From assembly GCA_049472355.1 (NCBI GenBank), contig JBLIRP010000073.1, positions 1 through 18,517 on the forward strand: 18,517 bases of DNA, given 5' to 3'. Positions 1 to 8,689 of this stretch are shown here, in pieces. The translations under genes and the position numbers were made by a program. The first letter of the stretch is position 1. Each line of letters begins with the position of its first letter. This stretch comes from a bacterium (lineage in GTDB: Bacteria > SZUA-182 > DTGQ01 > JAFGSM01). Under the pieces are notes generated by a model. That model worked only from the letters and a program-made list of their open reading frames with translations. It had not been told where the DNA came from and did no database searches.

Positions 1-1
1 T

Positions 2-1774
2 GACTCGACCTGAAACACGGCTTTCCAGCCTATTATAGCAGCCGGCGATATAGGTGCCCGGATAATGAACATTGCCGGCCGTGGACTCGGGTGCGGCCCC
101 TCGGGTGGTAAAGTATCCGTTCCCGAGGGAGCAAAGGGCCTCGCGCAGTTGTTCCCCTTCAGGGTCAAACCTGTCATATGTGAGTGTCCAGATCCCTTTC
201 GATACGTCCTTTTCAGCAAGATCCAGAAGCATTTCCAGAAAGGCGGCGACCTCGGAGGTATCGTGCATTACGTATCCCGCATAGGTCGGGGAATTCTCCT
301 CGCCGACCCGAATGCCGATGCCCAGATCGGCAATGGCTCGGAAGGCATCCTCATCGGTGGTATCATCACCGATATAGAGGGGTACGATGCGCGAGCTGTT
401 GATGTGCAGCTTATCCATCAGGTAGAGCAGGGCCTTCCCCTTGTCCCAATCCATATTTGGTCGAAGCTCGAATACCTTTTTTCCCGGAGACTTTTTCAAC
501 TCCGGATGCCGTGCCTTGATCCGGTCAACCCTTTTCTCCAGATCAGGAACGACCTTTTGGTCAGCCATTCGGTAGTGGACCGCTATGGCGAATCGTTTAC
601 GTTCGATATGGACCCCCTTGAGCCCCTTTACAGCGGTCTCCAGCTCGGCCTCGGCCTGATCGAGCGCCGGCAAGAAGGCCTCCCCCTGTTTCTGGTCCTT
701 GAAGGCCCCCCCGGGTCCGGCAATGTCAAACCCGTGGCTTCCGGCATACACGATATTGTCTATGCCCACCATGTTTCTGACATCATTGAGGTCCCGGCCG
801 CTGACAATGGCCACCATCCAGTGCTTTGCAAGCCCCCTGATTATCTGCCGCGTTTCATCGGAAAGGAGGGCGTCACCGGGATGCTGCACAATAGGGGTAA
901 GCGTGCCGTCGTAATCCAGAAAGATGGCAGGCACCCCCTCCTTCAGGGATTGAAATATTTCCTCCTTCTTTTCGAGGGCTGAAGGCAGTCCGGCCATCCG
1001 CACGGTCATCTTCCGATGGTCGGTTTGTATCTCGGAAAAGTCCTTCACCACGATATCCGCCCCCCGCTTCCTGAGTTCCGCTGTCTGATTTCCCCTGTCG
1101 ATTCCGATGACCAATGCAAAACCGCCTGCCTTGCCCGCCTCCACACCTGCAAGTGAATCCTCTACCACCACGGCACGCCTCGGGCTTACCTCCAGCCGCC
1201 TGGCGGCCTCCAGAAAGACATCCGGCTCCGGCTTCCCTTTAAGGGCCAGTTCATCCGCATCAATCCCATCAACCCTCACATCGAAAAGGTCCTGCAGACC
1301 TGCTGCCTCCAGTACCTCCTTTGCATTTCTGCTTGCGGATATCAAGGCAAAGCGCATCCCCTTCGATTTCGTCTTCCGGATAAAATCAACCGTGGATGCA
1401 TAGGACTCCGCACCCTGGTTTGTTAATCGATCCAGGAAATAACGGTTCTTACGGTTACCCAGCCCGCACACCGTTTCCTTTTCCGGCGCATCGTCGGGAT
1501 TGCCGTAAGGAATGGGGATATGACGCGATTCAAGGAAGTCCCTTACTCCGTCATAACGCGGCTTGCCGTCAACATAGCTGAGATAATCGGATCCGGTGTC
1601 GAAGGGCTCGTAGTGCTCGCCGGTTTGACCGGCCCGTGCCTGAAGAAACTCATCAAACATCTGTTTCCAGGCCGCAGCATGGACCCGGGCGGTCTTGGTG
1701 ACCACCCCGTCCATATCAAGGATAAAGGCATCAATTGCCTTCAGATCGAATTCATTGTCCTGCAATTTTATCAT
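2..1774 (-). CDS. otsB: Fusion of beta-phosphoglucomutase-like HAD hydrolase, trehalose-6-phosphate phosphatase and glycoside hydrolase family 65 N-terminus (OtsB1-like); 3' end lies outside the window
   Basis: Manual minus-strand translation from ATG 1774 (purine-rich GGAAGG upstream) is open for 591 codons to the window edge. HAD domain 1: MIKLQDNEFDLKAIDAFILDMDGVVTKTARVHAAAWKQMFDEF...GKPEPDVFLEAARRL...VVVEDSLAGVEAG. TPP: AIFLDYDGTLTPIV...AIVSGRDL...YAGSHGFDI...FELRPNMDWDKGKAL...YIGDDTTDEDAF. GH65 N-terminus: WTLTYDRFDPEGEQLREALCSLGNGYFTTRGAAPE...HYPGTYIAGCYNRL. Confidence 0.92.
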   Translation of the reverse strand, partial: MIKLQDNEFDLKAIDAFILDMDGVVTKTARVHAAAWKQMFDEFLQARAGQTGEHYEPFDTGSDYLSYVDGKPRYDGVRDFLESRHIPIPYGNPDDAPEKETVCGLGNRKNRYFLDRLTNQGAESYASTVDFIRKTKSKGMRFALISASRNAKEVLEAAGLQDLFDVRVDGIDADELALKGKPEPDVFLEAARRLEVSPRRAVVVEDSLAGVEAGKAGGFALVIGIDRGNQTAELRKRGADIVVKDFSEIQTDHRKMTVRMAGLPSALEKKEEIFQSLKEGVPAIFLDYDGTLTPIVQHPGDALLSDETRQIIRGLAKHWMVAIVSGRDLNDVRNMVGIDNIVYAGSHGFDIAGPGGAFKDQKQGEAFLPALDQAEAELETAVKGLKGVHIERKRFAIAVHYRMADQKVVPDLEKRVDRIKARHPELKKSPGKKVFELRPNMDWDKGKALLYLMDKLHINSSRIVPLYIGDDTTDEDAFRAIADLGIGIRVGEENSPTYAGYVMHDTSEVAAFLEMLLDLAEKDVSKGIWTLTYDRFDPEGEQLREALCSLGNGYFTTRGAAPESTAGNVHYPGTYIAGCYNRLESRVSGRV

Positions 1775-1926
1775 TTTGCTTCCTTCCCGAATCAAATGAC
1801 AGTTCTGTTATTTTTTTCGTCTTTTTTCCCACTCTCGTCCGATGGCTCACGGTTTCTCGATTATTCGATAACCATGGAAGGGCGTTATACATTAAACCGA
1901 TCCGAAAAAATCGGGTCATGCCTTAA

Positions 1927-1956
1927 AATATAAAGATTTTTCTGCCAAGTTGTCAA
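1927..1956 (-). promoter_or_regulatory. Putative sigma70 promoter for the otsB fusion
   Basis: Minus strand TTGACA (1956-1951), 18 nt, TATATT (1932-1927), about 150 nt upstream of the start codon. Confidence 0.5.
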
Positions 1957-2146
1957 CCGTCGGCCATTCTGAAAAAAGTCCGGACCATCGGCAGCGGATC
2001 CACAGTGACTGTTTTTCAGAAAACTCGAGAACCATGGATACCATACATACAGCCGTGACCATCGATCACAACGAAGATTGAAAGTTTATAAAAACAAATA
2101 ATTAGTTCAAAATTTCCACATAAGACATTTTTGATGGCCATTTTTT

Positions 2147-2175
2147 TTGAAAATGATTTATATTCTGTCTATACT
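2147..2175 (+). promoter_or_regulatory. Putative sigma70 promoter for the osmoprotectant ABC operon
   Basis: TTGAAA (2147-2152), 17 nt, TATACT (2170-2175), with an AT-rich region upstream. Confidence 0.6.
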
Positions 2176-2254
2176 CATATCCGGGCAGCGCTGTTTTCAT
2201 GATCTCTTTGCAGGATCAGATCAAGTAATCCTAACCGATTATATCAGAATTGTA

Positions 2255-3286
2255 ATGGCGCCTGAGGAAAAAATCGTCTTCAACCGGGTCTCGAAAGCCT
2301 ACGATGGTTTTGAGGCAGTCAAGGATCTCTCCCTGCGGATCATGGAGGGTGAAACCCTGGTATTGATCGGCACGAGCGGATGTGGAAAGACAACCACCCT
2401 GAAGATGATAAACCGTCTCATAGAGCCCACCAAGGGTACCATAGAGATCGACGGTCACGATGTTTCCACCTATGATCCGATCCTGCTTCGACGTCAAATA
2501 GGCTATGTGATCCAGCCGGTGGGGCTTTTCCCCCATATGACCATCGGGGAAAATATCGCCGTGGTCCCCGAGCTTCTGAAATGGCCGAAGGGGAGGGTGG
2601 CCTCGCGCACGGACCGGCTTCTGGAGATGGTGGGCCTCGCGCCGGAGGAGTATCGCCATCGGTATCCGGCCGAGCTTTCCGGAGGCCAGCGGCAACGCAT
2701 CGGCGTGGCCAGGGCACTGGCTGCGGATCCCCCCGTTGTCTTGATGGACGAGCCGTTTGGCGCCCTCGACCCCATCACCAGGGAAACCATTCAGAATGAA
2801 TTCACCGGGCTGGCCCGGAAAATCGAAAAAACCATCGTATTTGTCACCCATGACATCTTTGAGGCGGTCAAGATCGCAGACCGGCTTGCCGTGATGGATC
2901 AGGGCCGTATCATTCAGGTCGGCCCGCCCAAAGAGATCGTGGAACGTCCCCGTAATGATTTTGTCCTGGATTTTCTGGGGAGGCACCATTTCCAGCTTGC
3001 ATTGCTTCTCACCCCCGTTGATGAAATCATGCACCCCCTGGACCCACATGACCTGTCGGACACCCATAACCAGGAACTTCCCTCGTTGGACATCCATGCC
3101 ACGATTCTGGACGCCCTCAACTATTACAAGCACAACAAGACGGATAGGATCATCATCAGCCGGGAGGATGGCCAACCGCAGGGCATCCTGACCAGAGACC
3201 TGGTGGTCAGCCGAGTCTTTGCGGCCCTGGAAGATCATCCTGAGGGCCATGATAAAACCACCGGGGATGCACGAACAGGCCCGTAA
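2255..3286 (+). CDS. Osmoprotectant (glycine betaine/choline/carnitine/proline) ABC transporter ATP-binding subunit, OpuCA/ProV/OsmV-like, with a C-terminal CBS-like region
   Basis: Walker A GTSGCGKTT, family motif LKMINRLIEPT, signature LSGGQRQRIGVARALAADP, Walker B VVLMDEPFGALDP, H-loop FVTHD. Start moved to ATG 2255 (MAPEEKIVF) because the ORF-track TTG at 2147 is the -35 box. Confidence 0.93.
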   Translation: MAPEEKIVFNRVSKAYDGFEAVKDLSLRIMEGETLVLIGTSGCGKTTTLKMINRLIEPTKGTIEIDGHDVSTYDPILLRRQIGYVIQPVGLFPHMTIGENIAVVPELLKWPKGRVASRTDRLLEMVGLAPEEYRHRYPAELSGGQRQRIGVARALAADPPVVLMDEPFGALDPITRETIQNEFTGLARKIEKTIVFVTHDIFEAVKIADRLAVMDQGRIIQVGPPKEIVERPRNDFVLDFLGRHHFQLALLLTPVDEIMHPLDPHDLSDTHNQELPSLDIHATILDALNYYKHNKTDRIIISREDGQPQGILTRDLVVSRVFAALEDHPEGHDKTTGDARTGP

Positions 3287-3309
3287 TCACCCTCGTAAGG
3301 AGCCGCTCC

Positions 3310-3987
3310 ATGAACGGATTCATTGTCTTCTTTAACGAATACGGCAAAGAGATACTGAAGCTCACGGTGGAGCACATCAACCTCACCTTCATCTCGGTCG
3401 GCGCAGCGGTGTTCGTTTCAGTGCCCGCTGGCATCCTGCTTACCCGATCCAGGAAGCTGGTTACCCCCATCCTGGGATTCGCCTCCGTCGTGCAGACCAT
3501 CCCCAGTCTGGCCCTGTTCGGCCTGGTCATACCCATTCTGATGGTCCTCGGTCTGCCCATCATCGGGGCGGTGCCTGCCCTTACCGCGCTCTTCCTGTAT
3601 GCCCTGCTCCCCATCCTGCGGAATACCTATACGGGCATTCGTCAGGTGGACCCTGATATCATCGAGGCAGCTACGGGCATGGGCATGCGGGAGAGGGATT
3701 TATTATGGCGCGTGGAACTGCCGCTGTCCGTGCCGGTAATTATGGCGGGCATTCGGACCTCTACGGTCATCAGTGTGGGGGTGGCCACCCTGGCCGCGCT
3801 TATCGGGGCGGGCGGATTGGGAGAGCCCATCTTTCGTGGATTGCGAACGATCAATTACAGGCTGATGCTGGAGGGCGCCATTCCGGCTTCCATCCTGGCA
3901 TTGATTCTGGATTACCTCCTGGGGAGAATCGAATTGTTGTTGACATCGAAGGGGCTCCGGATGAAAAGGGAGGGACTTTCACAATGA
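3310..3987 (+). CDS. Osmoprotectant ABC transporter permease (OpuCB/ProW-like)
   Basis: RBS AAGGAG upstream. Motifs QTIPSLALFG, LYALLPILRNTYTGI, EAA loop IIEAATGMGM, LAALIGAGGLGEPIFRG, plus several hydrophobic helices. Confidence 0.93.
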   Translation: MNGFIVFFNEYGKEILKLTVEHINLTFISVGAAVFVSVPAGILLTRSRKLVTPILGFASVVQTIPSLALFGLVIPILMVLGLPIIGAVPALTALFLYALLPILRNTYTGIRQVDPDIIEAATGMGMRERDLLWRVELPLSVPVIMAGIRTSTVISVGVATLAALIGAGGLGEPIFRGLRTINYRLMLEGAIPASILALILDYLLGRIELLLTSKGLRMKREGLSQ

Positions 3988-4895
3988 AACGAATTTTCAC
4001 GTCGGCATTGTTTCTCTGTTTGTTGACATCCTTTGCACTGACAGGGTGCAGGAAACCTGATGGACATGCCATTGCCATCGGCTCCAAGCATTTCACCGAG
4101 CAGGAGATACTCGGTGAGATCATGGCGATTCTGATCGAGGAACACATGGATGTAACGGTGGTGCGGAAATTCAACCTGGGCGGGACCATGATCTGTTTCA
4201 ACGCACTCAAATCCGGTGACATCGATCTGTATGCCGAATACACGGGAACGGGGCTGGTCAATATCCTGAAGATGAAGACCGCAAACGATCCGGACCAGGC
4301 ATATCGAACGGTCAGGGATGCCTTCAGAAAGAGGTTTGATCTGGTATGGCTGGACCCGTTTGGTTTTGACAATACCTATACCTTGACCATGAGACGAACC
4401 CACGCGGAATCGCTGGGCATAGAAAAAATAAGCGATCTCGCCCGATACAAGGAGACCCTGCGGCCGGGATTCGATGCGGAGTTTCTGGAACGTCCCGATG
4501 GATACAAGGGCCTGATCAAACATTACGGTTTTGAATTTGCCGAGGATCCCCGACAAATGGATCCCGGGTTGATGTACAAGGCACTTGCCGAGGGGAGTGT
4601 GGACATCATCGATGGATTTGCAACCGATGGCAGGATCCCGGCGTATGATCTCGTGATCCTCGATGACGACCGGCATTTCTTCCCCCCGTATCATGCGGCG
4701 CCCCTGGTCAGGAAGAAGATACTCTCCCGTCATCCTAAGCTCACAGGGATTCTCAAGAAGCTGGGCGGCCTGATCGACGACCGGACAATGCAGTCGCTCA
4801 ACTATCAGGTGGACAAGCTGAAAAAGAGCCCTGCCGAGGTGGCTGGGGCATTCCTCCGCGAGCGAGGTTTGGTGAAAGGAAACGGGTGCATATAG
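3984..4895 (+). CDS. Osmoprotectant ABC transporter substrate-binding lipoprotein (OpuCC/OsmF-like)
   Basis: ATGA overlap with the permease stop codon. Lipoprotein signal MKRIFTSALFLCLLTSFALTG-C. Motifs GSKHFTEQEILGE, IDLYAEYTGT, FGFDNTY, EFLERPDGY, DDRHFFPPY. Confidence 0.93.
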   Translation: MKRIFTSALFLCLLTSFALTGCRKPDGHAIAIGSKHFTEQEILGEIMAILIEEHMDVTVVRKFNLGGTMICFNALKSGDIDLYAEYTGTGLVNILKMKTANDPDQAYRTVRDAFRKRFDLVWLDPFGFDNTYTLTMRRTHAESLGIEKISDLARYKETLRPGFDAEFLERPDGYKGLIKHYGFEFAEDPRQMDPGLMYKALAEGSVDIIDGFATDGRIPAYDLVILDDDRHFFPPYHAAPLVRKKILSRHPKLTGILKKLGGLIDDRTMQSLNYQVDKLKKSPAEVAGAFLRERGLVKGNGCI

Positions 4896-4954
4896 AAATA
4901 CGGCGAACGAGATCTGGGGTTTGCCGCCCCTGTAATAATATTTAGATGCCTCAC

Positions 4955-4998
4955 TGATCGGGGGCCATTTGCAGGATCTTGCGAGTGGCCTTCGATTG
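4955..4998 (+). other. Long RNA stem-loop (about 20 bp stem, 7 G-U pairs) downstream of the ABC operon
   Basis: TGATCGGGGGCCATTTGCAG-GATC-TTGCGAGTGGCCTTCGATTG pairs without interruption on the + strand when G-U pairs are allowed. No U-tract follows. Confidence 0.55.
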
Positions 4999-5082
4999 CA
5001 AAGGCGCGGAGCGGAGAATATCCGGCAACGCAGTGCCCAGGGTGGCCTGCCGAAGCAGCCTGTGGTGACGTTAGCTAGTCCT

Positions 5083-5112
5083 TTGACAATATTGGCGATT
5101 CCTTACTATACT
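5083..5112 (+). promoter_or_regulatory. Putative sigma70 promoter for the M1-ChaN-PDZ gene
   Basis: TTGACA (5083-5088), 18 nt, TATACT (5107-5112). Confidence 0.55.
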
Positions 5113-5303
5113 GTACTATACAAAGGGAATATTCCATCATAGCCGTTCAGGAAAGGCCTACCGCCGGGGCATGACCTGGATACCGTCCGTGATTGGATGG
5201 TGATATACCATGAGCGGGACGGTGAGGAGGGCCAGTGCACGGTGGTGACCCAGGGGAGGGGACCCCTCAAAGGGAAAAGGGTGGTGCGGGGAAGGGAGGC
5301 GGA

Positions 5304-8300
5304 GTGTATCGCACGGGGATGACTGGATTCTGTATCTTCATGACGGCGGCCCTCCTTGTGTCCTGCTGGGGCATTGCAGGGGCACGGGAGGAACCCGCTG
5401 AATACGATCTTTCCGTCTCATTCGACATCCGGAATAATATCCTGAGGGGGGCGGCAAGGATCACCTTCCCTGATGACGGGGAAAGGATCGTGGCGGCCGA
5501 TGGTCTGAATATCGTATCGATCGCCTTTAATAAAAGGCCCTTTGTGCCGGACATACTGGAGGGCAGATTCAGGGTGAGCGGGAAGGGCACCCTGGAGGTG
5601 ACGTACGAGGTCCATTTCGAGAAAGGCGTGGAAATGCTGGATCTGGAGAACGTGGGGGTGGTCTCCCGGAATAGCATCAGCGCCGAAGGGATATCCCTGA
5701 CCCGGGACTGGTATCCCTCCCTTTCGGGCATGGCATACTGGAGCCTGGAGGCGCTCGTTCCAGACGGTTTTATGGCCGTGTCCGAGGCGGATGCGATTCA
5801 CGTAACCGAAGCACCCGGAGGCAACCTGTATACGTTTTCCTTTCCCTATCCGATTGACGGTATCACCCTGGTTGCCGGCCCGTATGTCGAAACAAAGGGG
5901 CATCATCAGGGGATCGAGGTGTATGCCTATTTTTTCCCTGAGGATGTCTCCCTGGCCCCTGATTATGTCGAACACGCCGAGCGATACCTCTCCCTGTATA
6001 CGGAGATCCTCGGCCCCTATCCCTACAGGCGGTTCTCCATCGTTGAAAACATTCTGCCCACGGGCTATTCCCTGCCTACCTTCACCCTCCTGGGCCGGGA
6101 GGTGGTGCGCCTCCCCTTTATTGCCGAAACCTCCCTCGGGCACGAGATCGTGCACCAGTGGCTCGGAAACCGGGTATATCCTGACTACCAGGGCGGGAAC
6201 TGGGTGGAGGGCCTGACCACCTATCTCTCCGACCATCTTTACGAGGAGCAGAAGGGTGAGGGATGGCGGTACAGGAAGAAGATGCTCACGGATTACCAGA
6301 GCTATGTCACCCCGTCCAAGGCAATACCCCTGAAGGAATTCTACGGCAGGACCGATTTCGCCTCGTCCGCCGTCGGCTATGGCAAGGGGGCCATGTTTTT
6401 TCATATGCTGGAGGAGGTGGTGGGAAGGGTGCCGTTCACCAAGGCATTGCGTCTGCTCATTGAGGAGAAGAAACATGCCAGGGCATCATGGACCGATTTA
6501 CAGACCGCCTTCAAAGGTGCCTCCGGCATGGAACTGGAATGGTTTTTCCGGCAGTGGCTCTCCCGGAAGGACATTCCCTCCCTGCGGATTGAAGACGCAA
6601 GGGCACTGATATCAAACGGGACCCACATGGTCTCCTTCGAGGTCATTCAGGAGACCGCGCCGTATCGACTGAACCTGCCCTTCAGGGTGATCACCGAAGG
6701 TGGTGAAATAAGGGATACCCTCAGGATTGAAAAGGAAGGGGAGGCCTTCCGGATCCCCGTGCCGGCCCGGCCCTTGAGTATTGTTTTCGACAGGGACTAC
6801 CATGTCATGCGAACCCTCACCCCGGATGAATTCCCCCCGGTGATTGCACGGCTTCTGGGTGATGAAACAAGGATGCTTGTCTTCCCTGAAGGGGAAGAGG
6901 GAAAATATGCCGCATTGATCGACCTGTTCACTGGGGAGGGATTTGCCGTCAAGGAGGAAGGGGAGGTAAAGGACCAGGATATCCAATCCTCCTCCATGCT
7001 GGTGCTGGGGACCGAGAGCCCGATCCTCACCAGGCTGTTCGGGAAAATCGATCCGCCCGGTACCGGTTTCAGCCTCACCGTCAGGAGAAACCCCCTGAAC
7101 GCCGGGAAGGTCATTGCCTATACCCACGGGGACTCGAAAGGGGAGATAGACCCTGTGGTGAGACGCATCTTTCGATACGGCAAGTACTCATCCATCCGGT
7201 TTGAGGGTGGGAAGAATGTGGAAAAGGTGATCGCAAAAACGGACAGAGGCATGGTATTCAGCCTGTACGAGCCCGTATTTGGGATCAACCCCCGCAACAA
7301 GCTCGCCCTTTCCGACATCATTCAGCAGGTCGTGGATACGCCGATCATCTATGTGGGTGAGAGGCACTCGAATTACGAGGACCACAAGGTACAGTTGGAG
7401 TTGATTACCGCCTTATCCGAAAAAGGCCGGAGGTTTGCCATCGGCATGGAGATGTTCCAGGTACCGTTTCAGAAGGCCCTGGATGAGTATCTTGCCGGCG
7501 CCATCAACGAACGGGAGTTTCTGAGGGCGTCCGAATACTTCAAGCGGTGGCGGTTCGATTACCCGCTGTACCGTGAGATCATCGATTTTGCCAAGGCACG
7601 GGGGATACACATCATTGCCCTCAACATCCGGGAAGAGATTACCAAGAAGGTCACTCAAGGGGGACTCGACGCCCTGACCGAGGAGGAACGTGGGGAAATC
7701 CCCCGGGACATGGATATGGCGGACGAGGCGTACAAGGAGAAGTTGAAGGGATTTTTCGAACTCCATCAGGAATTCAACGTCAAAAACTTCGAAAACTTCT
7801 ATCAGGCACAGATCCTTTGGGACGAGACCATGGCCCACTCCATTGCGAGATTCATGGATGCGCACCCCAACCATCAGATGGTGGTCCTTGCAGGGGCGCA
7901 GCACATCATATTCAGCTCGGGGATACCTCAAAGGGCACAACGGCTCACCAACAGGGAGTACGCCACGCTCATCAACGGTGAATTCAGCGGCCTGGATTCG
8001 GATATCGGGGATTTCCTGATTTTCCCTCCCCCCATGGAGGCGCCCGAATCCCCCAAGCTCGGAGTCATGCTCGACGAGGAGGACGGCGAGGTGAGGATAA
8101 AGGAACTCAGCCCCGGCAGCGCCGCGTCCAAGGCCGGGCTCAAAAAGGGGGATGCCCTGCTTTCGGTTGATGGATGGGAAATCGAATCCATCCAGGATGT
8201 GAAGATCGGATTGTTCGACCACAGGAATGGAGAGACGATTACCGTTACGGTCTCACGAAGTCGATTCCCCTTCGGGAGGAAGGTGCTTGAATTGCCGGTA

Positions 8301-8309
8301 ACGCTGTAA
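5304..8309 (+). CDS. Secreted M1-family zinc metallopeptidase fused to a ChaN-family domain and a C-terminal PDZ domain
   Basis: Signal peptide (..FCIFMTAALLVSCWGIAGA-REE). Gluzincin motif HEIVHQWLGN...WVEGLTTY and catalytic Tyr in GYGKGAMFFHML. ChaN motifs IIYVGERHSN, IGMEMFQ, QILWDETMA, VVLAGAQH. PDZ KLGVML...PGSAASKAGLKKGDALLSVDG. Start is uncertain (GTG 5235, GTG 5304 or ATG 5319). Confidence 0.87.
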   Translation: MYRTGMTGFCIFMTAALLVSCWGIAGAREEPAEYDLSVSFDIRNNILRGAARITFPDDGERIVAADGLNIVSIAFNKRPFVPDILEGRFRVSGKGTLEVTYEVHFEKGVEMLDLENVGVVSRNSISAEGISLTRDWYPSLSGMAYWSLEALVPDGFMAVSEADAIHVTEAPGGNLYTFSFPYPIDGITLVAGPYVETKGHHQGIEVYAYFFPEDVSLAPDYVEHAERYLSLYTEILGPYPYRRFSIVENILPTGYSLPTFTLLGREVVRLPFIAETSLGHEIVHQWLGNRVYPDYQGGNWVEGLTTYLSDHLYEEQKGEGWRYRKKMLTDYQSYVTPSKAIPLKEFYGRTDFASSAVGYGKGAMFFHMLEEVVGRVPFTKALRLLIEEKKHARASWTDLQTAFKGASGMELEWFFRQWLSRKDIPSLRIEDARALISNGTHMVSFEVIQETAPYRLNLPFRVITEGGEIRDTLRIEKEGEAFRIPVPARPLSIVFDRDYHVMRTLTPDEFPPVIARLLGDETRMLVFPEGEEGKYAALIDLFTGEGFAVKEEGEVKDQDIQSSSMLVLGTESPILTRLFGKIDPPGTGFSLTVRRNPLNAGKVIAYTHGDSKGEIDPVVRRIFRYGKYSSIRFEGGKNVEKVIAKTDRGMVFSLYEPVFGINPRNKLALSDIIQQVVDTPIIYVGERHSNYEDHKVQLELITALSEKGRRFAIGMEMFQVPFQKALDEYLAGAINEREFLRASEYFKRWRFDYPLYREIIDFAKARGIHIIALNIREEITKKVTQGGLDALTEEERGEIPRDMDMADEAYKEKLKGFFELHQEFNVKNFENFYQAQILWDETMAHSIARFMDAHPNHQMVVLAGAQHIIFSSGIPQRAQRLTNREYATLINGEFSGLDSDIGDFLIFPPPMEAPESPKLGVMLDEEDGEVRIKELSPGSAASKAGLKKGDALLSVDGWEIESIQDVKIGLFDHRNGETITVTVSRSRFPFGRKVLELPVTL

Positions 8310-8393
8310 CTGGGGGTTGCATTCCGCACCGAGCAGAAAGAACGAATCCTTTCGCTATCCTACCCGTCGGTGTGATTGCCGCACGATTCTGAA

Positions 8394-8422
8394 TTGACAG
8401 AACATAGAGGGAAGGCTACCAT
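8394..8422 (+). promoter_or_regulatory. Consensus-like sigma70 promoter directly in front of the ABC fragment
   Basis: TTGACA (8394-8399), 17 nt, TACCAT (8417-8422). The predicted +1 falls near the GTG at 8429. Confidence 0.5.
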
Positions 8423-8428
8423 TTCTAC

Positions 8429-8689
8429 GTGGACGATGCCACCAGCAGCGTGGACACCCGCACCGAGGCGCGCATCCAGAAGGCCCTGCTGCGGCTCATG
8501 GAAGGGAGGACCAGCTTTGTCATCGCCCACCGCCTGAGCACCATCCGCGATGCCGACCAGGTGCTGGTCATCAATCACGGGGAGATCATCGAAAAGGGGA
8601 CCCACCGCGAGCTGATGGACCGTCGGGGATTTTACCACCATCTCTACGTCAGCCAGTTCAAGGGGGAATCGATGCCCCTTCCACCATAA
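8429..8689 (+). pseudogene. C-terminal fragment of an ABC exporter (MsbA/MdlB-type) nucleotide-binding domain
   Basis: [72 protein letters not shown] covers the Walker B end, D-loop, H-loop and C-tail. No Walker A, signature motif or transmembrane domain is present upstream. Confidence 0.8.

Noticed and set aside
200..300. Possible frameshift or stop between the TPP and GH65 domains
   Set aside because: Base-by-base translation is continuous (GEENSPTYAGYVMHDTSEVAAFLEMLLDLAEKDVSKGIWTLTY).
65..1933. Plus-strand ORFs 65-982, 1107-1403 and 1520-1933
   Set aside because: Antisense shadows of the otsB fusion, with no recognisable motifs of their own.
1775..2254. c-di-AMP (ydaO) riboswitch upstream of the osmoprotectant operon
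   Set aside because: No recognisable conserved motifs, and the predicted leader is only about 75 nt. An Rfam scan would settle it.
2147..2254. ORF-track N-terminal extension of the ABC ATPase (and likewise 3705-3983 for the SBP)
   Set aside because: The first overlaps the promoter and the second lies inside the permease. Family similarity starts at 2255 and 3984 respectively.
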